Shown: one piece after another, positions 1 to 10,389 of the stretch
Layout of the letters: every line of letters starts with the position of its first letter
How positions within the stretch are numbered: the stretch's first letter is position 1
Assembly: GCA_965153285.1 (NCBI GenBank)
Contig: OZ229116.1
Length of the DNA: 64,000 nucleotides
Direction: 5' to 3' (one strand)
Source of the DNA: Podarcis tiliguerta
Lineage: Eukaryota
Notes under the pieces: generated by a model
What the model saw: the letters and a program-made list of their open reading frames with translations, nothing else
Told to the model about the DNA's origin: nothing
The model's database searches: none
Program-made: the position numbers and the translations under genes

Positions 1-570
1 GAATTCAAATTACAGAGTTACTTGCAAACAGATAAGGTTTCCTAAAACTGCAGATATAAGGCATACATTGCGACTTGTGCACATCCCTATAACCTGTCAT
101 GTATTTCCAGGGCATATATCTGCCATGTTTTAAATTGTTAGGAAATATGACAATGGCGACTGACTTCTCTTAAGATTTTATGGAAAAATAAAGGGGCAGA
201 TAAAAAAAAAAAAGATGCTAGTATTAGCCTTCCCTGTTTCTGCAAATAGGCAAATGATCACCAGAGTTGCATGGACATGCGTTCTGTGCAAGTAGCTATG
301 TTTGTGGCAGCCTCCTCCAGTTGTAGGAGTCTAAGGCTGCATACATATCAGGCATTTCCATCACCACCACCCCAAGAATCCTGGGAACTGTAGTTTATCC
401 CTTACAGAGCTTCCCAGCACCCTTAAGAAATTGCAGTTCCCAGGACTGTTCCATGTGTGTGGATGCACACGCTTTAAATGCATGTTGCTTATGCAGCCTA
501 GATGGATAGACACAAGTGTAGAAACAAAAATTAGTCTTCTGTGTTGATTTGTTACCCAGCTGCTTCTTAC

Positions 571-648
571 CTTTCTTCACAGTTTGGAATAGCGTCTGTT
601 CTGAGTTCATGGGATGCTGCTCTTTCATCTTGATTCCTAACAGTAAGA
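571..648 (-). CDS. RGS20: RGS20 shared coding exon (exon 4 of the long isoform), (C)LTVRNQDERAASHELRTDAIPNCEE(S)
   Basis: Minus strand ttgccttgcag|TCTTACTGTTAGG...GAAGAAAG|gtaaga. It is 78 bp, phase 2 to phase 2, and joins the cysteine-string exon in frame. Matches recalled human RGS20 CLTVRNQEDQR...SHELRADLPTWEES. Confidence 0.95.
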
Positions 649-764
649 CTGCAAGGCAACAAGCATAGTTTAATCAAGTGGAAATAAAGAAGTTTGCTGA
701 AGCTTTGAATTTGTTCCTCTCATTTTCAAACCTGAACATATGTTCAAAGAAGTTCGCCCCAGTA

Positions 765-985
765 CAGTGGTACCTTGGTTTACAACCATAATCCGTTCCG
801 GAGGTCCGTTTGTAAACCAAAACAGGTTGTAATCCAGTGGGGCCTCCAAAATTTTTTTGTTCATAATCCAAAAAAATGGGTTGTAATCCAAAAAAAGGTT
901 GCAAACCGGGACACACACTTCTGGGTTTGCTGTGTTTGTAATCCAAAATGTATGCAAACCAAGACGTATGCAAACCAAGGCTCTG
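765..985. mobile_element. Tc1/mariner (Tigger-like) MITE, degenerate right end
   Basis: TA-CAGTGGTACCTTGGTTT...AAACCAAGGCTCTG-TA; same TIR type as the copies at 10132, 47299 and 54100. Confidence 0.75.
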
Positions 986-1314
986 TATAACCAATTGTTC
1001 TGTATAAGAACAATGCACTCCTACACCAAAATATTTCTCTTGAATTGTGTATATTGAATAGGACATTTCACAGCAGAATTTAGCTCTATGACCTTGTCTG
1101 TCTTATCTGGAAAATGTGGGGAAAGCAAAGCTCTTCTGGTGCATGAAGCTGCTTCTCGGAAAACATAGTATGAAATAGTGTACCAAGTGTGGTACACTAA
1201 CCTAAAAAATCTTTAGCACACCTGAAAACACCTAATGCCACAATTGCTTCCTGTCTTGTGTCTTCTTTCTTGTGATTTTGAAAGCAGAACAAAAACCCAA
1301 CTTTATCCTGCTCC

Positions 1315-1315
1315 A

Positions 1316-1367
<52 letters not shown>
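1315..1367. repeat. (TA)n microsatellite
   Basis: Visible TA dinucleotide run. Confidence 0.95.
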
Positions 1368-1372
<5 letters not shown>

Positions 1373-1590
1373 TATTTGATTTTATAAGTATAAAATTATA
1401 ACAATACAGCCATAGACATTCACATTCACATTTAAAGATTCCTCCAAATCTCTGGACTTCCCACCTTCCCCTCTGTGGGTCCTATTATTGGCCTTTTCTA
1501 CTGCATCTTTTTCAATAACCCATATTTTATACAACCCCATTATCTCCGTAGTACTTACTACATTACAACTGTTATTGCATATACTCCTTT
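1368..1590 (-). mobile_element. L1 3'UTR fragment (old, 5'-truncated)
   Basis: T-rich end with tttatt, plus GGACTTCCCACCTTCCC resembling the 3'UTR motif of the full-length L1 at 2412-2430. Boundaries approximate. Confidence 0.5.
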
Positions 1591-2664
1591 TTTAAAAAAA
1601 TAATAATCTGCTGAATGGTGAACCATTGGCTGCCCTGCTGCCTTTTGTTTGATTGCATTTAATTGCATTGTTACATTGTTTGTCTAAACATTATATATAA
1701 AAGACATCCTGGGAATGGAAATACTGAAGGGTGGGATACAAATGAAAGAAAATTGTTCAACAAGACTATCTGTACCACCACTAACAAAGCTTATCTGGAC
1801 AAAAATAAATTCTATGCAAAACAGTGTAGGAGACCATGTTCCTTCTCTGCTTTTGTATTTCTCATGCTTCTCAAAAAGACAGCTGTGGCCTTTTAATTTT
1901 AAGCCACCTAAGAGAGACCATTCACCATAATTGCTTGGCTAAAAGTATAATTGATCCTGAATTGCTGATGAAAAGATGGAGCATAAGTTATGACTTCAGC
2001 CAACAAAAGCCCATCTGGTGACTGTTCTTTCTCCTAAGTTTCTCTAAAATGGTTAATTCCAACCCCACAAGAGCTTTCAGTATTGGAGATTTTGTAACTT
2101 GGGGTACTATTTCTGTTCCTATTCATATTTTTCTTTTTCTTTGCAGCCCATTCAGGTTATTTGAGGAAATCCTTTCTATAAACAAGGATTATAAATAGAG
2201 CCTTGAATCGCCGTTTTTCACATTTCTCCTAACTTGAAAACAGTAATTTTGAAGAAGTATATAATTTTGATGGTAGAGCGAGCTTTTTATTTTTTTTTTT
2301 ATAAATTTTTTTATTGCGTTTCTTTCCATAATTTTATAGGTTTATAAACAAATAAAGTAGTTACAAGAAACAAATTTTCTCTTTTTTAACAACAAAAACA
2401 AAATAAAACTTGGACTTCCCCACCCCTTCCGATTCTGCGTTCTTTGCATTAACAATGTCAGCATTTTGTTACCTTATTTCATACCTTGTTGTAACTTTCG
2501 AATGTTATGTATCCAAATACAATATATTATATCTCAATTTCAATACCTTTAAAATAAACATAACATATTCAATTTAAATTGTCTCCTTTTCTCTTTTGTC
2601 ACTAATTTTACCATTTACTTAATCATATTCGCAGAAGCTTAACGTTTCCTAATCATGCACTTTC

Positions 2665-5600
2665 TTAGGATTCATACAGCTTATAATATTTTTTCAGATA
2701 ATCTTTAAATTTTCCCCAGTCCTCCTCAATTGTTTCTTTATCCAAATCTCGGATTCTGCCGGTCAGTTCAGCTATCTCCATGTAGTCCATCAACTGCGTC
2801 TGCCAGTCCTCCAGCGTGGGCAAATCTTGTGTCTTCCAACTCTTTGCAATGAGTATTCTTGCTGCTGTGCTAGCGTACATAAACAAAGTTCTATCTTTCT
2901 TTGACATTTTCTGGTCCACCATGCCCAACAGGAAGGCCTCTGGTTTCTTAGGAAAGGTATACCTAAATACCTTTTTCAATTCATTATAAATCATTTCCCA
3001 GAAGGCCTTCACTTTTGGGCAGGTCCACCAGAGATGGAAGAAAGTCCCCTCTGCTTCCTTACACTTCCAACATTTGTTGTCAGACAGGTGATGCATCTTG
3101 GCTAGCCTGACTGGGGTCATGTACCACCGGTATATCATTTTCATAATGTTTTCCTTCAAGGCACTAGATGCCGTGAATTTCATTCCGGTGTTCCATACCC
3201 TTTCCCAGTCTTCAAACATAATATTATGTCCAACATCCTGTGCCCATTTTATCATAGCAGATTTAACTGTCTCATCCTGTGTGTTCCACATAAGCAGCAA
3301 GTTATACATTCTAGATAAAATCTTGGTCTTTGGTTCTAACAATTCTGTCTCTAGTTTCGATTTCCCCTCCTGGAAACCAACCTTTTTATCCATTTTAAAA
3401 ACCTCTTGAATTTGAGCATAATGTAACCAATCTCGCACCTTGTTTTTTAATTTGTCCTGGCTCTGCAACTTCCAACCGTCTCCAATTTTTTCAATTAATT
3501 CCCAATATTTCGGCCAATAGGCCTCCATATTGGGTCTTTTTCGAGCTTTGGCCTCCACCGGTGATAGCCACCTCGGTGTTTTACTCTCTAATAAGTCTTT
3601 ATATTTCATCCAGACTGCAAAAATCGCTTTTCTGACAATATGGCTTTTAAACAATTTGTGAACTTTAACCTTGTCATACCATAGATATGCATGCCAACCA
3701 AATGCATTATCAAAACCTTCCAGATCTAGGACGTCGGTGTTTTCTAGCAAAAACCAATCTTTCAGCCAGCAGAAGGCTGCAGCTTCATAGTACAACCTCA
3801 AATCCGGCAGGGCAAACCCCCCTCTTTCTTTTGAATCAGTTAATATTTTATACTTTATTCGGGGCTTTTTGCCCTGCCAGACAAACTTAGATATATCCTT
3901 CTGCCATTTTCCAAAACATTCCTCTCTGTCCACGATCTGTAGGGTTTGAAACAAGAATAACATTTTCGGCAATACATTCATTTTAATTGCTGCAATCCTT
4001 CCCAACAAGGAAAGTTTCAATCTTGACCAAATTTCTAAATCCTTCTTTACTTCCAACCAGCATTTTTCATAATTGTCCTTAAATAAATTCAAATTTTTGG
4101 AAGACAAATAGATCCCTAGGTATTTCACTTTCTTTACCACATTTAATTCTGTTTCTCTCTGAAACCCCTCTGTTTCTGTAAGTGTCAAATTCTTGGTCAA
4201 AACCTTGGTTTTTTGTTTGTTCAACTTAAACCCCGCCACCTGACCAAACTCAGATATAAGTTCAAGAACTCTTTTTGTACTGGATTCTGGCTCCTGCAAT
4301 GTCAAAACTAGGTCATCTGCAAAAGCTTTAAGTTTATATTGTTTCACTCCGACCTCTATCCCTTGTACCAGCCGGTCCTCCCTTATCATGTTCAATAGCA
4401 CCTCCAGGACTGAAATGAATAAAAGAGGGGATAGAGGGCACCCTTGTCGTGTCCCTTTTTCAATTTTGAACTCCTCCGTCACCACATTGTTCACTATTAA
4501 TTTGGCCTTTTGCTCTGAATAAATTGCTCGTAACCCATTTTCAAACCCCCGCCCCACTCCCATCCCTTCCAAGTTTTTCTTCATGAACATCCAAGATATA
4601 TTGTCAAATGCTTTCTCCGCATCAACAAAAATTAACACCGCCCTTGTGTTCCTGTTAGTTTGTAAAAGTTCCAAAATATCGATGATGTTTCTGGTATTCT
4701 CATATAAATGTCTACCAGGGAGAAAGCCTGCTTGGTCTTTGTGAATTACTTCAATTAAAACTTTTTTAAGTCTACTTGCCAAAATGTCTGCAAATATTTT
4801 GTAATCCACATTCAGGAGTGAGATGGGGCGGTAGTTCTTGAGTTGAGTCTTTTCAGATTCTATCTTAGGTATCAATGTGATGAACGCTTCTTTCCACGTT
4901 TCTGGTGCCCTCTTCCCATCCATGATCTGGTTGCATACCTCCAACAAGGGTTGTGTTAAATAGTCTTTCAAAGTCTTGTAGTATTTGGAGGTAAGCCCAT
5001 CCGGGCCTGGAGATTTGCCTAGTTGCATGTTCTGAATGGCACTTTCAATTTCCTGGGTGGTTATTGTAGAGTTCAAGATTGATCTTTTATCTTGAGTTAT
5101 TTTTGATAGTCCATTTGTCTTTAAAAAATGATCTATCTCTGATTCTTTCTGAGGCCCCTGTACATAAAGTTCTTTAAAATATCTGTGGAAGCACTTCCTA
5201 ATTTCCTCTGGTTTCTGCACCGTTCTTCCTTCAATCTCTAGATTTGTAACTGTATTCAACTTTTGTCTTTTTTTCAGCTGCCAAGCTAGCAGCTTTCCAC
5301 ATTTATTTGCTGATTCAAAGGATCTTTGCTTCATCTGTTTTATTTTCCATTCAATCTCCTGATTAATCAATTTTGAATATTCTGCTTGATGGAATTTAAT
5401 TTCTCTCAACAGATCCTTTGACTTTGGTTTAGTTCTCAATTTTTTCTCTCCTTGATGTATTTTCTCCAGTATTTTATCTTTCTTTCCATTCCAGAGCTTC
5501 TTCTTAATTGTATTCTGTTGTATCAGAAACCCCCTCATGACAGCTTTGCTTGCGTCCCAGATCGTTCTTTTTTCTACTGTAGTATTCAAATTTATCTCAA

Positions 5601-6405
5601 AATAGTCCTTTAATGTTTTTTGGGCCTTTTTCACAATCTCTTGATCTCTTAAAAGAGTGTCATTCATTCTCCATCTGAAGGAACCGGTTTGAGTAAGTCT
5701 GAGATCTAATTTCAGAGCGTTGTGGTCGGAGCATGTTTTTGGGCAGATTTCCACCTTTTTAGTCTTGGGTGCCAGCCCCCTGGAGGTCCAGATTTGGTCG
5801 ATCCTTGACCAGGACAGGTGGGCCTCAGAGAAGAAAGTTCCTTCTTTACCTAGGGGGTTCTTTGTCCTCCATATATCAATCAAATCCAGATTGTCAGTCA
5901 TTTCAAAAAAAGTTTTAGGCAGTCTGCCGTCTGATGTTAGATTTTGGTTATAAGACTTATCCATATGTGTAGACACCACTCCATTCATGTCTCCCATCAT
6001 TATGATGTTAGCATAGTCCAGATAGTCCAGCAGCGTCTCATGCAGCTTCTTGAAAAATTCTGATTTCCCGTCGTTTGGAGCATAAATTCCTAGTATCAAT
6101 ATTTTTTCTCCTTGGGTCTGGATTTCAATTGCCAGAATTCTTCCATATTCATCTTTGAATAAAAATTTAGGTATCAGGCTCTCCTTAGCATAAATCACCA
6201 CTCCTCTTTTCTTTACCTTGTCTGAGGAAATAAACTCTTGGCCTAGTCTTTTGTTGACCAAAACTTTCCTGTGGAGCCTGGTCACATGGGTTTCTTGTAA
6301 ACAAATAATATCCAATTGTTCTTTCTTCAATATATGAAACAGTTTCCTTCTTTTCTCCGGGGAATTTCCGCCATTTATATTCCAACTGAGTAGCTGCAGA
6401 GACAT
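2665..6405 (-). CDS. L1 ORF2p: APE endonuclease, reverse transcriptase and C-terminal CCHC (1246 aa)
   Basis: EN motifs SWNING, LQETH, GDMN, RID, SDH. RT motifs PGPDG, YRPISLLN, DAEKAFD, GTRQGCPLSP, FADD. Zinc knuckle CWKC-x8-H-x4-C. No internal stops. Confidence 0.97.
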   Translation of the reverse strand: MSLQLLSWNINGGNSPEKRRKLFHILKKEQLDIICLQETHVTRLHRKVLVNKRLGQEFISSDKVKKRGVVIYAKESLIPKFLFKDEYGRILAIEIQTQGEKILILGIYAPNDGKSEFFKKLHETLLDYLDYANIIMMGDMNGVVSTHMDKSYNQNLTSDGRLPKTFFEMTDNLDLIDIWRTKNPLGKEGTFFSEAHLSWSRIDQIWTSRGLAPKTKKVEICPKTCSDHNALKLDLRLTQTGSFRWRMNDTLLRDQEIVKKAQKTLKDYFEINLNTTVEKRTIWDASKAVMRGFLIQQNTIKKKLWNGKKDKILEKIHQGEKKLRTKPKSKDLLREIKFHQAEYSKLINQEIEWKIKQMKQRSFESANKCGKLLAWQLKKRQKLNTVTNLEIEGRTVQKPEEIRKCFHRYFKELYVQGPQKESEIDHFLKTNGLSKITQDKRSILNSTITTQEIESAIQNMQLGKSPGPDGLTSKYYKTLKDYLTQPLLEVCNQIMDGKRAPETWKEAFITLIPKIESEKTQLKNYRPISLLNVDYKIFADILASRLKKVLIEVIHKDQAGFLPGRHLYENTRNIIDILELLQTNRNTRAVLIFVDAEKAFDNISWMFMKKNLEGMGVGRGFENGLRAIYSEQKAKLIVNNVVTEEFKIEKGTRQGCPLSPLLFISVLEVLLNMIREDRLVQGIEVGVKQYKLKAFADDLVLTLQEPESSTKRVLELISEFGQVAGFKLNKQKTKVLTKNLTLTETEGFQRETELNVVKKVKYLGIYLSSKNLNLFKDNYEKCWLEVKKDLEIWSRLKLSLLGRIAAIKMNVLPKMLFLFQTLQIVDREECFGKWQKDISKFVWQGKKPRIKYKILTDSKERGGFALPDLRLYYEAAAFCWLKDWFLLENTDVLDLEGFDNAFGWHAYLWYDKVKVHKLFKSHIVRKAIFAVWMKYKDLLESKTPRWLSPVEAKARKRPNMEAYWPKYWELIEKIGDGWKLQSQDKLKNKVRDWLHYAQIQEVFKMDKKVGFQEGKSKLETELLEPKTKILSRMYNLLLMWNTQDETVKSAMIKWAQDVGHNIMFEDWERVWNTGMKFTASSALKENIMKMIYRWYMTPVRLAKMHHLSDNKCWKCKEAEGTFFHLWWTCPKVKAFWEMIYNELKKVFRYTFPKKPEAFLLGMVDQKMSKKDRTLFMYASTAARILIAKSWKTQDLPTLEDWQTQLMDYMEIAELTGRIRDLDKETIEEDWGKFKDYLKKYYKLYES

Positions 6406-6425
6406 CCTGAACTATTCTGTTACAC

Positions 6426-7508
6426 CTAGAGCGGTGTATCTTCTTTTTCCTCTAATTCCGAGGGTTTAGGCGTCCCTCCGCCTGCTGGCAGAGTGGGTCC
6501 TGGTTTAAGTATAGGCCAAAGGGCTGCTGCTTCTTTTTGGAGATCTTCTCCGTGGTCGTGCTGGAACTTTTGTAGATCCTCTGGTAATCTTATTCTAACC
6601 TTCTTCTGTTTGTAAGTAAATGATAGTCCTTGTGGGAACTCCCACCTATAAGGGATTGAGTTAAGTCTCAACAACTTAGCCAATTCTGAATAGGTGGCTC
6701 TCAGATCCAATAGCTGTTTAGGAATGTCTCGGTAGATTTCCACCCTTTTCTCTTGTATCTCAATTGAGTTTTTGAAGTGTAGGCCTAATATTTTGTCTCT
6801 CTCCTCTCTTGATCTCAAAGCTATTAGACAGTCTCTAGATCTATCTTTTCTTACCAATCTTCCCAGTCGAAAAGCCGATACTATTTTAAAATCACTTTCT
6901 TCTTTTAAGCCCCAGAACTTTGAAAATTCTGTTGTCAAAAATCCAATCAAATCTTCTTGTTCGATTTCTGGGACCGCCCTAAGCCTAAGATTAGTCTCCC
7001 GGTTTTTCAGTTCCACCAAAGAGAGATAGGTTTGTTGGTCCCCTATCTGTTTATGCAGAGGCTTGACTTCTGCTTTAACTTCCTCAACCTCTTTTTTAGC
7101 TGATGTTGCAATTTCAACGGCTTCCCCTGCCAATTTACGGTTCTCTTCCGTTGCTCCTTGCAATTTTTCAATTGCTTGGGTGTGTTGGGAAACCTGATCT
7201 GTCAATTTCTGGATCGAGGATGTAGCTTGGTCAATTTTTGTTGATTGGTTATCAATTTTTTGATTTAATGTTGACAATTGTTCCAAAACTTGTTTCAGTG
7301 CTGCCTCTGCTCCTCCTGATGCCATATCTTCCTCTTCAGATTTTTCAGGCTTTTCACTTTCTACTTTTTGTGTTGCAAGCACAGCAGGCACTGATAGTCT
7401 ACGTCCCTGAGTTAAAGTTGTTTGCAAAAGCTGTGCCTGCTTTTTTGCTTTTTCTTTTTCCTTAGCTTCCTTAGCTTTGGCTGCTCTTGTCTTTCCTGTA
7501 CCACTCAT
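6426..7508 (-). CDS. L1 ORF1p: coiled-coil, RRM-like and C-terminal domain (360 aa)
   Basis: Basic N-terminus, heptad-rich helical region and NLRLRAVPE motif typical of L1 ORF1. Lies 20 nt upstream of the ORF2 ATG. Confidence 0.92.
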   Translation of the reverse strand: MSGTGKTRAAKAKEAKEKEKAKKQAQLLQTTLTQGRRLSVPAVLATQKVESEKPEKSEEEDMASGGAEAALKQVLEQLSTLNQKIDNQSTKIDQATSSIQKLTDQVSQHTQAIEKLQGATEENRKLAGEAVEIATSAKKEVEEVKAEVKPLHKQIGDQQTYLSLVELKNRETNLRLRAVPEIEQEDLIGFLTTEFSKFWGLKEESDFKIVSAFRLGRLVRKDRSRDCLIALRSREERDKILGLHFKNSIEIQEKRVEIYRDIPKQLLDLRATYSELAKLLRLNSIPYRWEFPQGLSFTYKQKKVRIRLPEDLQKFQHDHGEDLQKEAAALWPILKPGPTLPAGGGTPKPSELEEKEDTPL

Positions 7509-8229
7509 CAGTCAATGTTCAAGGTCAGATGTTGTAATCCCATGGGAAAGACAAGTCCAAATTTATAAACAGTCTGGAGAAAGAAAGTAAGCAAAAAAAC
7601 TTTTCCCAGGCCTTTGTTATCCAATGTCCTCTAGGGGGAGTGCCACCAAAAGTTAGTAAGAAGAAGGTAACTTTTCCGCCATTAAAGTTTCCGTTTTCAA
7701 AAACAATTTTAAAAGCAAGTTAGTTCCAAAACACTAAGAAAAAAGTCCTGCAGAGCACTTTAAAACGTTTAACAATGTTCCAACAAGGTGCCTGCAATTG
7801 TATCCACTCAAACTAAGTAAGCCCAAAAGTTGCACTTCAGTTACAAAAGTATCTGGAAGTTTGTAACAGTTCCGCAGTCAAGCAACTTCACCCGGCCACC
7901 CGAAGATTTGGGGTTAGAGTCTTCCCTCGCCCCATGGGGGACCGCTCCAAGTCCAATTTAAACTGTATTTTTTCTTCCTTTAAGAATAGAATTTCAAGTG
8001 TGCACGAAAGTCCCACTTTAAAGCCTTAAAGCTTCCCTGTTCACAGCGCTTTCCGCTCTTTAAACAGTCTGCTTTGATCTTATAAGCAGTGCCGGAAGAC
8101 GGACTTCCTCTTTCTCGTCTCCCGGTTTCAGCCAAATTTCTTCAAGTTATTGTAACAAATCTTAAGTCCTTACTCACGGGTTTGCTGTTTCAGAGTAGTA
8201 TTTTTTGGAAGAAAGGTCAGCGCTCATCC

Positions 8230-8500
8230 GTGACAGCCGCGCGGCTTCGCCTCCGCAGAAAGAGCGATGAACTCACAGCACCGCTCCCCCTCCTTCACTC
8301 CGGAGCCCCTTACGGGGTCCCTTCCGCGAATTTGGGGTCGCTCCAGGTGCCCGCCGAGTCCCACGGCCACGGACTCTCTCTGTCCGTGGTTTTTCTTGAT
8401 GGGTTGCCGCTGCGCCGTAGCGAAACAACCCTTTTCTGCGGTGCCCCTCTTCAGAGCTCGAAGAGGTCCGCCATCACGGTTTCGCGCCGCCTCCGGAAGT
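8230..8500 (-). promoter_or_regulatory. L1 internal CpG-rich promoter with ETS-like (CCGGAAGT, 8493-8500) and YY1-like (CCGCCATC, 8468-8475) motifs
   Basis: Motifs and undepleted CpGs at the extreme 5' end. A YY1 site near +1 is known from mammalian L1 promoters; function here is inferred. Confidence 0.6.
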
Positions 8501-9414
8501 TGATGGTAGAGCGAGCTTTTTACTTGGGCAGGATGCTATTAAGTGCAAGTAATATTTTTAAGAGTCATGAATATAAATTAATTTAAACCCTCCAACAGAG
8601 CAATTTTTGTTTTTTTTTTTTACTTTCATTATATATTTTTCAATGGGATTAAAAAGAAAATGGAATAAAATGACTGTGAACTTTATATCCAAACTAAAGA
8701 CAGTGAGACAAAAGTATGCCTGTCGTGCAAAAACCCATTGTGCTTTTATTTCCTTCTGTAATAGTTGAAATTTGAAAGGTGATACTCTAATATTGCAGAA
8801 GTGGTTACACTAGAAAATATTTTCAGCAGTAAGCTCTTGAAGTGAGCAACTACCGGTATTTCCCAGGGGGTCGGGTGCAGCCAGCTTTTATCGGCCAAGG
8901 GTGGACTGGGGTGAAGCCTGGTCTGGTCTGCTTTCAAGTCCCTCTACTTACCCTGGCCAAATTGGCCAGGGTTCAAACAACTGGGTGGTGGGAAAGCCCG
9001 CCAATCAGAGTGGCCAGCCCAGGGATTTTTCACTGCCTGCCCCAGCGTTGCTCCCTGGGAATCTGAGGTGACGGGCAGCAATCGCTGCCCATCCCTTGAC
9101 AGGGTAAGCAGCCATTTCTCCCCTGCATCTGTCCAAGCTAGTCTCATGTTTCTGTAGCAATCCCACCCAATATGGATGACCCCTTTATGCATGCTTGAAA
9201 GAGTATTTGATATGTATGTTTTGTAGTCAGACAAAAGGAGTAACTTTCCAGATTGATTGTATTTGAATACTGCTTTTCCTTCAAATGAACCCAAAGCAGC
9301 TTGTAAACAACAAATAGCAATAACATAATTATTTTATAGTTATGCTGTATTTGTGGTGTTCTATTAACAGATCATCAATAATGTAATCTATAAAATGCTG
9401 TTAACAAAGCAGCA

Positions 9415-9495
9415 ACTAAAGTGAGATGAGCGCCGCAACCCCAGAGTCGTCCGCGACTGGACCTAACGGTCAGAGTTCCCTTTAACTTTACCTTA
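9415..9495 (+). mobile_element. Sauria SINE (Squam1) 3' fragment
   Basis: gagatgagcgccgcaaccccagag...ggacctaacggtcag...tttacctt, nearly identical to the 3' end of the copy at 56803-57145. Confidence 0.85.
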
Positions 9496-9691
9496 AACTA
9501 AGCTAAGCTAAGCACATTCTCCACACACCCATGACTCATAATCTTTCACCCTATTCAGTTCATTAAAATAAACATTTTGATTGAGAGATACTTGATGTTA
9601 TACTGACAGAAGTGTGGTAGTGTATGGTCATCCATTTCATTGTGCATTCATGATTTGTGTTTGTGATAGGATCAGGGGAGTTATTTATACA

Positions 9692-9926
9692 CAGTCGAAC
9701 CTTGGATCCGAAACGCCTCCGTTTTGGAACATTTCGGCTCCCGAACGCTGAAAACATGGAAGTAAAGGCTCCTGTTTTCAAACGTTTTTCGGAAGCCGAA
9801 CATCCGACGTGGCTTGAGTGCAGGAAGCTCCTGCAACAAACTGAAAGCTGTGCCTTGGTTGTCGAACATTACAGAAGCCGTATGGGCTTCCCGAACAGAT
9901 TATGTTTGACAAGCGAGATTTGACTG
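9692..9926. mobile_element. Tc1/mariner-type MITE
   Basis: CAGTCGAACCTTGG...CGAGATTTGACTG-TA; internal sequence resembles the copy at 46483-46719. Confidence 0.7.
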
Positions 9927-10131
9927 TACATACATACATAATTGTTGTTTCTCTACCACCAGGCCTTGGGCTGATTAAACATTCTAATATCTTTATAAAT
10001 GAGTTTGTGGGAGGGGAGGTTAATGGTCTGTTTTTATTTTGTTATGCATTTTGTGTTCTCATTTTGTATTTTTATGTTGTGAACTGCCCTGTGATCTTCA
10101 GATAAAGGGCAGTATACAAATTTAACAAATA

Positions 10132-10389
10132 CAGTGGTACCTCGGGTTAAGTACTTAATTCGTTCTGGAGGTCCGTTCTTAACCTGAAACTCTTCTTAAC
10201 CTGAAGCACCACTTTAGCTAATGGGGCCTCCTGCTGTGGCCGAACCACTGCTGCACGATTTCTGTTCTCATCCTGAAGCAAAGTTCTTAACCCGAGGTAC
10301 TATTTCTGGGTTAGCAGAGTCAGTAACCTGAAGCGAATGTAACCTAAAGCGTATGTAACCTGAAGCGTATGTAACCCGAGGTACCACTG
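10132..10389. mobile_element. Tc1/mariner (Tigger-like) MITE with perfect 18-bp TIRs and TA TSD
   Basis: TA-CAGTGGTACCTCGGGTTA...TAACCCGAGGTACCACTG-TA; inserted in the A-rich tail of an older LINE 3' end. Confidence 0.92.

Larger units (their letters stand above)
2290..8499 (-). mobile_element. Full-length intact L1-clade LINE with 5'UTR, ORF1, ORF2, 3'UTR and poly-A
   Basis: Direct repeat TTGATGGTAGAGCGAGCTTTTTA at 2267-2289 and 8500-8522 (TSD). Poly-T and tttatt at about 2290-2315. CpG-rich 5' end. Two uninterrupted ORFs. Target reads T/AAAAA on the element strand. Confidence 0.97.

Noticed and set aside
8089-8586. Antisense ORFs in the L1 5'UTR as an ORF0 analogue
   Set aside because: The 165-aa ORF starts at GTG and runs past the element into the flank. 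The 78-aa ATG ORF stops only in the TSD. Both are expected by chance in GC-rich DNA.
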